Shown piece by piece: positions 9,106-15,941 of a stretch of DNA of 64,000 bases; position 1 is the stretch's first letter; each line of letters starts with the position of its first letter. The notes under the pieces are model-generated. The model saw only the letters and a program-made list of their open reading frames with translations, was not told where the DNA came from and ran no database searches. A program made the position numbers and the translations under genes. The stretch is from a virus, in IMG/VR virus record IMGVR_UViG_3300050194_000017, positions 25,722 through 89,721 of that record, one strand, 5' to 3'.

Positions 9106-9516
9106 ATGACAGAACTTGTTATCGTTCGTGGAATTCCTGGCTCTGGTAAGAGCACATATGCCAAGACTCTGGGCTATCTGAATTACGAAGCAGATCAATA
9201 TTTTATTGATCCAGAAGGAAATTATCTTTTTGATGCAACTAAGCTTTATCAAGCTCATCGTTGGTGTCAGGAAAAGACTCGATCTGCTTTGAGCGATGGT
9301 CTTTCTGTTGTTGTGAGCAATACTTTCACAACTCGCAAAGAAATGAAAGACTATCTTGAAATGGCGTATGAACTGCATATTCCGGTTCGCGTTGTCAAGG
9401 TTCTTGGGAATTTTCAGAATGTGCACGGTGTCCCAGAAGAAGCATTGGAACGTATGCGCAATCGTTGGCAAGACGTCGAAGGCGAATCAGTAGTCGACAA
9501 TCGGATTATGATTTGA
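9106..9516 (+). CDS. P-loop kinase (AAA_33 / polynucleotide-kinase-like)
   Basis: VRGIPGSGKSTYAK, EADQYF, VVSNTFT, HGVP. Confidence 0.8.
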   Translation: MTELVIVRGIPGSGKSTYAKTLGYLNYEADQYFIDPEGNYLFDATKLYQAHRWCQEKTRSALSDGLSVVVSNTFTTRKEMKDYLEMAYELHIPVRVVKVLGNFQNVHGVPEEALERMRNRWQDVEGESVVDNRIMI

Positions 9517-9517
9517 T

Positions 9518-10090
9518 ATGGCAAATATTTTCTTAATTTCAGATCAACATTTTGGTCACAAGAATATCTTAAATTTCAAGCGTCGAGATGGGATCACGCC
9601 ACTACGTTTGTTTGATTCGTCCGAAGAAATGGATGAACACATGGTAGATTGTCATAATAAGGTCGTGAAGCCAAATGACAAAATCTACATGCTTGGTGAT
9701 CTTGCGATGAACAAGAAATTTCTTCCTATTCTGGATCGTTTGAATGGTGAAAAGATTTTGATCAAAGGAAATCATGATCAAGATTCTTTGGCTGTATATG
9801 CAAAGTATTTCAAAGATGTTCGAGCATCACATCAACTTGCTGGTCATATCTTGACTCACATCCCAATTCATTCAAATTCTCTGAGTCGTTGGAAGAAGAA
9901 TCTACATGGCCATCTACATGCAGATGTCGTTGGTGATCTTGATACAGATGGTATTTGGCAACCAGATCATCGGTATGTCTGTCTCTCTGTCGAGCATACC
10001 AATTATTTTCCGATTGCACTCGAAGACATTGATACGTTTGCTAATGAACAGCACGATAAGGCTATACTTTCAACAAAGACTGTTGTATAA
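9518..10090 (+). CDS. Calcineurin-like metallophosphoesterase
   Basis: SDQHFGH, LGD, GNHD, THIP, HGHLH. Confidence 0.85.
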   Translation: MANIFLISDQHFGHKNILNFKRRDGITPLRLFDSSEEMDEHMVDCHNKVVKPNDKIYMLGDLAMNKKFLPILDRLNGEKILIKGNHDQDSLAVYAKYFKDVRASHQLAGHILTHIPIHSNSLSRWKKNLHGHLHADVVGDLDTDGIWQPDHRYVCLSVEHTNYFPIALEDIDTFANEQHDKAILSTKTVV

Positions 10091-10118
10091 TTGATTTATT
10101 GAAACTTAGGAGATTGAT

Positions 10119-10529
10119 ATGAAGCGAGTTGATTTTAAGAAGCCTTTGGTTTGCTCTAATGATGCATATGAAGTAATCGCCGTGTTGAATGTGAATTATT
10201 CAAATAGCATGTTTAAGCATTGTTGCCACATCAGGGATACGCGATCTGGCGAAGAGTTTACTCCATCTGTGAATGTATATGGAGAGATTTCGTCTGGTAC
10301 TCCTCTTCATGGCGCGTTTGCAATTTGCAATCCAGAACCTGTTGTTATCAAGAAAATTTATACGCCTGTGTTGGCAAGTGGGTATGCCGCACCTTTCTGC
10401 TATGGTTCTTTTGAAGAAGCTATTGCAGTTAATCTGGTGAGTGAAACGATTGCACTTTTGCTCAGTAAGTATTATGACAATGGGAATGTAACAGTTGAAT
10501 TGATCACTGATTTGACTGTTGGTCAATAA
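10119..10529 (+). CDS. Hypothetical protein
   Basis: Type A promoter-leader with RBS AGGAG. Confidence 0.7.
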   Translation: MKRVDFKKPLVCSNDAYEVIAVLNVNYSNSMFKHCCHIRDTRSGEEFTPSVNVYGEISSGTPLHGAFAICNPEPVVIKKIYTPVLASGYAAPFCYGSFEEAIAVNLVSETIALLLSKYYDNGNVTVELITDLTVGQ

Positions 10530-10531
10530 AC

Positions 10532-10717
10532 ATGATACAGATCTTCGTCTTCAACGAAGATGCTATAAAATCTATGTTTAGTCGTGAACTTGGATTTCCT
10601 ATAGAAAATATCAAACTGATTCCTGTTTATGCATACCAAGAAGATTTAGTTGATTGTCCTCAAGCAGCTTTACGTGGTAGGCATTTCGTTGGATATCATG
10701 TAGAAGCAGAATCTTAA
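10532..10717 (+). CDS. Hypothetical protein, paralog of 7713-7904
   Basis: IKSMFSRELGFPIENIKLIPVYAY...RHFVGY. Confidence 0.6.
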   Translation: MIQIFVFNEDAIKSMFSRELGFPIENIKLIPVYAYQEDLVDCPQAALRGRHFVGYHVEAES

Positions 10718-10730
10718 TTTGATTCTTACA

Positions 10731-10819
10731 GGGCGGGTAGCCGAATTGGTCTAGGCATCAGACTTAAAATCTGACTGAAGGTAACTTCACTGTGGGTTCG
10801 AGTCCCATCCCGCCCACCA
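10731..10819 (+). tRNA. tRNA-Leu(TAA)
   Basis: TCAGA-CTTAAAA-TCTGA anticodon arm, long variable arm, ACCA. Confidence 0.92.
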
Positions 10820-10835
10820 TTCAAAGGAAGAATAA

Positions 10836-11237
10836 ATGAACAGTTCCACTATAACAATCTCAGAAGCAGAAGTATACAGAAAAAGCATGGCTTGTCTGAA
10901 AATATTGCATGCAGAACGAGTAACGCTAAAAAGAGAATTCTTAGATCAAGGGATTGCTCTTATCGAATCCCTACGGAATAAACCAAATCGTAGTTTCTTT
11001 TATTCAAAACTTCCAGATTATACAACTGACGAAAATGTAAAGAAATGGATGTATAAGAATGACATGCACGAATGTGCATATTATTGGTGGCGCGAAGAGG
11101 AATCGTTTCGTAGATTGATAGGTGCTATATCAGATCTTCCTAGAGATTCGACGAAAACAATGCAGCTATCAACAGAAGACGCTAATTTATTGAATACATG
11201 GATGAAAAAGGATCACAATGACACATCTAAAAGTTGA
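10836..11237 (+). CDS. Hypothetical protein
   Basis: RBS AAGGA; 133 aa. Confidence 0.7.
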   Translation: MNSSTITISEAEVYRKSMACLKILHAERVTLKREFLDQGIALIESLRNKPNRSFFYSKLPDYTTDENVKKWMYKNDMHECAYYWWREEESFRRLIGAISDLPRDSTKTMQLSTEDANLLNTWMKKDHNDTSKS

Positions 11238-11586
11238 ATCGTCCGATCGATCGCTTACTTTGAAAATTGATATCTTCGATTTGATCCACGAGAATCTAGA
11301 TCCAGATCAACATGTCGAATTCGTCGAATCTCTGTCTTGTTCTGATAAAGTAATCGATCATGTCATGGAACAGATCTTTGATGGATATACATATAACGGA
11401 TTTCGTGGAAATTTGTCCAGTAATCCAACATCAACTTACACTGCGCTTGATCGAGCGCGTAATCGCATTATCCAGCTTGCTGATAAAGAAGCGCAGGATA
11501 AAATCAAAGAGTTGTCAGATGCATATGATAAGTTACAAATTCGGTACAATGATTTGACCGAAAAGATGTACAAAACGGTTTATTGA
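11218..11586 (+). CDS. Hypothetical protein with C-terminal coiled coil
   Basis: RBS AAGGA; 122 aa. Confidence 0.7.
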   Translation: MTHLKVESSDRSLTLKIDIFDLIHENLDPDQHVEFVESLSCSDKVIDHVMEQIFDGYTYNGFRGNLSSNPTSTYTALDRARNRIIQLADKEAQDKIKELSDAYDKLQIRYNDLTEKMYKTVY

Positions 11587-11622
11587 TGTTATACTTGATT
11601 TATTGAAACTTAGGAGATCGAT

Positions 11623-11817
11623 ATGAAGAAGCTTTTTATTGTTTGCGCTGTAACTTTTGCTTTGACTGGTTGCGGTAAGTTTGCTCAGTTGACGGCTCAT
11701 TACACTGGCCAAGCTTCTGAAACATGTCATGATGGTATTGTGTATTTGCAGTGGACATCTGGCGCTACTGTAAAGATCGATAGCCATACGATGTTGCCAG
11801 AAAAGTGCCCTAAGTAA
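11623..11817 (+). CDS. Small lipoprotein
   Basis: MKKLFIVCAVTFALTGC lipobox; type A promoter-leader. Confidence 0.75.
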   Translation: MKKLFIVCAVTFALTGCGKFAQLTAHYTGQASETCHDGIVYLQWTSGATVKIDSHTMLPEKCPK

Positions 11818-11824
11818 ATCATAT

Positions 11825-11903
11825 TCCGCAGAATCCGAGCAAGGTGCATGGACGGGACTGTTAATCCCTGGTTAGACTGGATCGTTGCCAGTGTGCGGAG
11901 CCA
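11825..11903 (+). tRNA. tRNA-Asn(GTT), atypical T-loop
   Basis: CTGTTAA loop, acceptor TCCGCA/TGCGGA-GCCA; T-loop ATCGTTG. Confidence 0.75.
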
Positions 11904-11909
11904 TATTTT

Positions 11910-11981
11910 ACGTTCCTATTCCAATGGCAGGATGCTGGATTCCAAATCCATGCGGTCAGGGTTCGAGTCCTTGGGAACGTG
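11910..11981 (+). tRNA. tRNA-Trp(CCA), CCA end not encoded
   Basis: TGGA-TTCCAAA-TCCA anticodon arm, T-arm, ACGTTCC/GGAACGT acceptor. Confidence 0.8.
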
Positions 11982-11982
11982 C

Positions 11983-12060
11983 GCAGATATAGCTCAGTTG
12001 GTTTAGAGCAACGTGTTGATAACGCGTAGGTCCTTGGTTCAAATCCAAGTGTCTGCACCA
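11983..12060 (+). tRNA. tRNA-Ile(GAT)
   Basis: ACGTG-TTGATAA-CGCGT anticodon arm, ACCA. Confidence 0.9.
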
Positions 12061-12170
12061 AAATATAATTCATCTAGTGACTGATTGAAGCGGTCGTATA
12101 TTGTTTGGCTGGATGCCTGAGGTTCGATTCCTTAAACAATTACTTCAAACTAGATGAATTATATTTTGGT
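12057..12170 (+). ncRNA. Element with a 22-bp perfect inverted repeat enclosing a T-arm-containing mini-tRNA-like core
   Basis: ACCAAAATATAATTCATCTAGT (12057-12078) and its reverse complement (12149-12170); inner TGAGG-TTCGATT-CCTTA. Confidence 0.6.
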
Positions 12171-12175
12171 TCGTT

Positions 12176-12261
12176 GGAGCTGCGGCGCAGTGGGAGAGGC
12201 GCGAAAGACTGTAAATCTTTTCCTTCTAGGTGAGTAGATTCGAATTCTACTAGCTCCACCA
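12176..12261 (+). tRNA. tRNA-Tyr(GTA)
   Basis: AAAGA-CTGTAAA-TCTTT anticodon arm, variable arm, ACCA. Confidence 0.88.
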
Positions 12262-12268
12262 ATTTATA

Positions 12269-12357
12269 GGAAAGTTGGCAGAGTGGATTAATGCAACTGT
12301 TTGCTAAACAGTCGTTGCCCTATTGGGCGACCAAAGGTTCGAATCCTTTACTTTCCA
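12269..12357 (+). tRNA. tRNA-Ser(GCT), CCA not encoded
   Basis: ACTGT-TTGCTAA-ACAGT anticodon arm, long variable arm. Confidence 0.85.
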
Positions 12358-12422
12358 CAGATTTATTACGATGGTGGTCTGCATCCTTGTTATGATTGAT
12401 TTTTGATTTCTTTAGAAAATGC

Positions 12423-12468
12423 TTGACCTGACCTTTGATCTTCGTTATAATTGATACATACCGAAACA
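12423..12468 (+). promoter_or_regulatory. Promoter-leader cassette type B (TATAAT-TGATACATACCGAAACA)
   Basis: TTGACC-17-TATAAT; leader recurs at 15669-15685 (one mismatch) and 17845-17861. Confidence 0.8.
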
Positions 12469-12488
12469 CAACGTAACCGGAGATTATT

Positions 12489-12677
12489 ATGGAACAATAC
12501 AAGCATTTGAAGTTTGGCGATAAGTTGGTTCTGAAGTCTGTGGATGATATCCCAGAAGAAAATGTGATCTTTGTTGAAGATTATGTTGGCACGGGTTGCT
12601 TTATCGCAGAAGCAGTAGACGGCGAACGATTTGATGTTCCGTACGCTCAAATCAAGGTTGTTGTCTACGAGGAATGA
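12489..12677 (+). CDS. Small hypothetical protein
   Basis: Type B promoter, RBS GGAG. Confidence 0.7.
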   Translation: MEQYKHLKFGDKLVLKSVDDIPEENVIFVEDYVGTGCFIAEAVDGERFDVPYAQIKVVVYEE

Positions 12678-12708
12678 AATCGAAGAATAATGAAGAGTAA
12701 GTAGAATT

Positions 12709-12758
12709 AGGATATCTTTCAGCAACCATTAAACTCTTTTACAGTTAATGATATCCTG
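12709..12758 (+). ncRNA. Scaffold RNA copy 1 (AGGAT..TTCAGCAA..ATCCTG) carrying a Lys-like anticodon stem-loop (CTTTTAC)
   Basis: AGGATATC/GATATCCT outer stem; inner stem with 7-nt loop at 12736-12742. Confidence 0.7.
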
Positions 12759-12779
12759 TTAAAATGTTGGTGATAGTGT

Positions 12780-12853
12780 CAGAGCGTAGGCTAGTTGGTC
12801 AAGTCACTCGCTTTGGAAGCGAGAGATCGCAGGTTCGAGTCCTGCCGCTCTGA
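12780..12853 (+). tRNA. tRNA-Pro(TGG), no CCA, acceptor extended by an 11-bp flanking stem
   Basis: CTCGC-TTTGGAA-GCGAG anticodon arm; flanks GGTGATAGTGT/ACACTATCGCC pair. Confidence 0.88.
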
Positions 12854-12862
12854 CACTATCGC

Positions 12863-13000
12863 CCATTATCAAAGAGTTCTTTGTCTAAAATGACGGTCGA
12901 GTCAGCCGATTAATACATTTCTCACAAATTGATCATGTGACGAGTGTTAGGAAATGATAGATAGAGGATAGACTCTTTATCGGGAACTCTTTGATAATGG
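12863..13000 (+). ncRNA. Structured element bounded by a 17-bp perfect inverted repeat
   Basis: CCATTATCAAAGAGTTC (12863-12879) / GAACTCTTTGATAATGG (12984-13000) with internal stems. Confidence 0.5.
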
Positions 13001-13006
13001 AATTTA

Positions 13007-13106
13007 TCGTCGAGAATAGAACGCGAAGTGGGCAGCGACTACCCGGGAGGGAGGTATAGTAAAGTTCGAATCTTTACCTATTCAGCATAGACGTATGCAT
13101 CGACGA
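13007..13106 (+). ncRNA. Degenerate tRNA-like element
   Basis: GAATAG/CTATTC acceptor-like stem, GTAAAG-TTCGAAT-CTTTAC T-arm, outer TCGTCGA/TCGACGA stem; no canonical anticodon loop or CCA. Confidence 0.45.
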
Positions 13107-13117
13107 ATTAGTTTTGT

Positions 13118-13194
13118 TGCGGGATAGAGCAGTCTGGTAGCTCGTCAGCCTCATAAGCTGAAGGTCGTGGGTTCGAATCCCACTCCCGCTACCA
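13118..13194 (+). tRNA. tRNA-Met(CAT), initiator-like
   Basis: fMet-like body, 1:72 mismatch, CTCATAA loop, ACCA. Confidence 0.9.
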
Positions 13195-13196
13195 TC

Positions 13197-13272
13197 GGGG
13201 GTGTAGCTCAGTTGGTAGAGCAGGTGCTTTGCAAGCATCAGGTCGCAGGTTCAATTCCTGTCACCTCCACCA
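13197..13272 (+). tRNA. tRNA-Ala(TGC)
   Basis: TTTGCAA loop, G3:U70, ACCA. Confidence 0.92.
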
Positions 13273-13308
13273 TTTTATTGTTATGAAGATAAATCCTTAG
13301 GATATATC

Positions 13309-13551
13309 ATGAACATCGAATTTGTTTCAATTACGTCAAATATGAATTCTAATCAATTGATAAATGATAGGATTCATTCTTTGTATTTGCATTGTCAAGA
13401 ACACATGCAACGTCAGATTGATGGAGGCATTGCCGGTAAGCCAATCTCAGAATTGTACTCCGCTAGGCTCGAATTATGTCAGTATTCTAACTGGGTGATT
13501 GATGCAGAGGAAGACGACATGGATGAAGATGATCTTGACATCGATTTTTAG
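13309..13551 (+). CDS. Hypothetical protein with acidic C-terminus
   Basis: RBS AGGA; ends in TAG. Confidence 0.65.
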   Translation: MNIEFVSITSNMNSNQLINDRIHSLYLHCQEHMQRQIDGGIAGKPISELYSARLELCQYSNWVIDAEEDDMDEDDLDIDF

Positions 13552-13552
13552 A

Positions 13553-13662
13553 GGGTGTGCTCTGGTGAGGTGTATGCATGGTGAGTAGCCATAGGAGCAT
13601 TAACTGACATGTAGCCATACTGTTAGGGGGCAATTTGGGTTCGATTCCCAACATATCCACCA
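13553..13662 (+). ncRNA. 110-nt tRNA-like RNA with an alanine-type acceptor (G3:U70, ACCA) and non-canonical interior
   Basis: GGGTGTG/CATATCC-ACCA; T-arm TTGGG-TTCGATT-CCCAA; no normal D or anticodon arm. Confidence 0.6.
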
Positions 13663-13679
13663 TTTTAAACGAGGAAATA

Positions 13680-14009
13680 ATGAGCGAAAGAAAAACAGTT
13701 ACTTCCAATGTTCATTTGTTTGGGACATATGAAAAATTCACATTTGATGATCTTTTTGAACGTCTACAAACAGAAATCATAGATCGTCCTGAAATTGATC
13801 CTCAAACAATCAAATTTGGGATTGAAGAAGAACGATACGATTATACTGATGGATCATATTTCTATTTCGCAATGTATTACGATCGTCCAGAGACAGATCA
13901 GGAATATCAAACCAGAATTGATCGAGAAAACAATAGGAAAGTTGATCAAGAAGAACGAGATCGTCGAGAATTTGAACGACTCCAAAAGAAATTTGGAGAA
14001 AAGGCTTGA
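13680..14009 (+). CDS. Hypothetical protein
   Basis: RBS GAGGA before ATG 13680; charged C-terminal helix. Confidence 0.7.
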   Translation: MSERKTVTSNVHLFGTYEKFTFDDLFERLQTEIIDRPEIDPQTIKFGIEEERYDYTDGSYFYFAMYYDRPETDQEYQTRIDRENNRKVDQEERDRREFERLQKKFGEKA

Positions 14010-14034
14010 TCTTTCTTTGAAGTTGTTGTATAAT
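14006..14034 (+). promoter_or_regulatory. Sigma70-type promoter immediately upstream of the amber suppressor tRNA
   Basis: TTGATC-17-TATAAT; the tRNA starts 9 nt downstream. Confidence 0.7.
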
Positions 14035-14042
14035 TGATTTAT

Positions 14043-14119
14043 CGGTAGTTAGCTCAGTTGGTTAGAGCGGAGAACTCTAAATTCTTTGGTCATCGGTTCG
14101 AATCCGATACTACCGGCCA
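14043..14119 (+). tRNA. Amber suppressor tRNA, anticodon CTA
   Basis: Perfect cloverleaf: CGGTAGT/ACTACCG-GCCA acceptor, GAGAA-CTCTAAA-TTCTT anticodon arm, ATCGG-TTCGAAT-CCGAT T-arm. Confidence 0.9.
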
Positions 14120-14126
14120 TGATTGA

Positions 14127-14266
14127 AAATTTTAGCGCAGATGTTGGCAATTGGTTAGCCAGCTCTTGGGAGGTGGATGCAAGGTCCATCGAAGTGTCTT
14201 CTCGAAAGAGTGCCAAGTGCATAAGACATGATGTCAGTTCGATTCTGGCCTTCTACGCTAAAATTT
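14127..14266 (+). ncRNA. tRNA-like RNA with D-arm and T-arm and a multi-hairpin domain replacing the anticodon arm
   Basis: AAATTTTAGCG/CGCTAAAATTT outer stem, TGGC-AATTGGTTA-GCCA D-arm, GTCAG-TTCGATT-CTGGC T-arm. Confidence 0.55.
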
Positions 14267-14284
14267 CTTATTACGGAGATTGTA

Positions 14285-14494
14285 ATGAAAACAAATCTTG
14301 AACTTGATACAAAGAAATTTCTGCTGAGCAGTTTGGGTCGAATGATTCAGAGTTATGATTATGCTTATCCTAACAGTAGGCTAGATAAGGATCGAGCACA
14401 TGTTGCATTATGTGCAATCAAAGCTCAGATTGATGTACTGCAGAATTTCTTGAATGCAATGAACGAGCAGAAGAATACGTCCTCCTCGGATTGA
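14285..14494 (+). CDS. Hypothetical protein
   Basis: RBS GGAG before ATG 14285. Confidence 0.65.
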   Translation: MKTNLELDTKKFLLSSLGRMIQSYDYAYPNSRLDKDRAHVALCAIKAQIDVLQNFLNAMNEQKNTSSSD

Positions 14495-14657
14495 ATCCTT
14501 AAGATTTAATGTGGATGCTTTACCAATCGAGTAAGGTAAAGACGCAAAGAGTACGCGCTATAAAGAGGCTGTGGTAAGCCGCTAGTAACTCCAATGAAAG
14601 AAGTTCAAAAGAAGACTTTCTATGAAATTGCCCGATTTGTTACCGTAAGTAACTTAT

Positions 14658-14732
14658 GCTTCCATCGTCTAAAGGTAGGACAGCGGATTTTCGATCCGCT
14701 AATTGCGAGTTCAATTCTCCATGGAAGTACCA
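14658..14732 (+). tRNA. tRNA-Glu(TTC)
   Basis: GCGGA-TTTTCGA-TCCGC anticodon arm, ACCA. Confidence 0.85.
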
Positions 14733-14758
14733 TTTAACCATCAACAAAAGGAAAGAAA

Positions 14759-15100
14759 ATGCGATCGTAGATCAACAAAGAAAAGACTTGGGTGTATGTG
14801 TTTATTCGGAAGGATCTTCCAATAGAACAAATCATTGTGCAGACAGCACATGCAGCCTTGGAGTCTGGAATCCATCTAAAACACGATAAAGAAAACGAAC
14901 CATCTTCTCTGATTGTTCTTCAAGTGAAGAATCAAAAGGAACTAGAAAAAGCTTATGAGAAGCTTAAAGATTCTGGAATCGAACTGATAAAGTTCTTTGA
15001 ACCAGACTGGGATTATGGATTTACATCGTTTGCTTCTGAACCTGTAACACAAGAACACAGGAATAAATTCAAGAAGTATCGTCTTTTTAATGGAGGTTGA
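14759..15100 (+). CDS. Pth2/PTRHD1-family peptidyl-tRNA hydrolase-like protein with in-frame TAG at codon 4
   Basis: RBS AAGGA then ATG CGA TCG TAG ATC AAC..., in frame with VYVFIRKDL...QTAHAA...LIVLQV...FFEPD. The ORF track starts it at a GTG (14792) lacking a good RBS. Confidence 0.75.
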
Positions 15101-15102
15101 TC

Positions 15103-15657
15103 ATGTATGCATAGACTTTTGATGATCTGATTGCAAAGATGCAATCGTGTTACCAATTTGAAAATATCAACATGTTGGATCATGGGAAGATGGTTGCTTC
15201 ATCGTATGATGAATTGATCGATCAACTTGAATCTGGAACTCATGAAATCCAATTGTTGAATGATTTATATGAACTACTGAAGAATAATCTTGTTGATTCT
15301 TTAGCAATCAGAAGATATCAAGTCTATCATGACTGTGGAAAACCTTTCTGTGAACCTACAGAAGAACGGAAGTATCCAGATCATGCTAGACATTCTTCTG
15401 AACAATGGTTGACTCTTTTCCCTGAAGATGTTGACATTGCAGAGTTGATGAGGCTTGATATGGTCTTTCATGAAGGAGCTGATGAATCTTTTTATCATCA
15501 TAGACTTGCTCCTACATTGTATTTGACTGCATGGGCGGAGATCTATGCGAATTGTCAGATGTTTGGTGGAACGAATTCGACATCTTTCAAGATCAAGAAA
15601 AAGAAGTTGATTCAACAAGGTAAGAAATTCATTAAGCACTTGACTAAACAAGAGTAA
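15103..15657 (+). CDS. HD-domain phosphohydrolase with in-frame TAG at codon 4
   Basis: RBS GGAGG then ATG TAT GCA TAG ACT TTT..., in frame with MLDHG...YHDCGKP...HARHS...DMVFH. Confidence 0.75.
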
Positions 15658-15700
15658 CATGTTAAAATTGACACATACCGAAACATAATAGGTGAACATT

Positions 15701-15934
15701 ATGAGCAAACAATTTACTGAAGATGACATCAAAGTTTGGAAATCTATGATCGGCGAAAAGGTTTGGAAGAATCCAAAAACAACATCTAAATTTCAACCAA
15801 AGCCTTTCAAGTCTGGTTTGAAAGTGAATACGGTCAAAGATGTTGTTCAACATGATCATACTGTAAATCTTGCATTCGTGTTTCATGAAGATGAATCTCA
15901 GGTTGAATGTTGGCGTTGTAGCATTGCGCCATAA
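15701..15934 (+). CDS. Hypothetical protein
   Basis: Type B promoter-leader at 15640-15685; RBS AGGTG. Confidence 0.7.
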   Translation: MSKQFTEDDIKVWKSMIGEKVWKNPKTTSKFQPKPFKSGLKVNTVKDVVQHDHTVNLAFVFHEDESQVECWRCSIAP

Positions 15935-15941
15935 AGAATTT

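Noticed and set aside
11861-12073. ORFs overlapping tRNA genes (also 14086-14301, 16105-16320, 18875-19072, 19158-19355)
   Set aside because: They overlap clear tRNAs or structured RNAs and have no coding signal.
13553-13662. Full tmRNA (ssrA)
   Set aside because: Only 110 nt, with no room for pseudoknots or a tag reading frame. Kept only as a tRNA-like RNA.
14575-14595. 16S rRNA similarity (GCTAGTAA)
   Set aside because: An 8-nt match with no flanking similarity is expected by chance.
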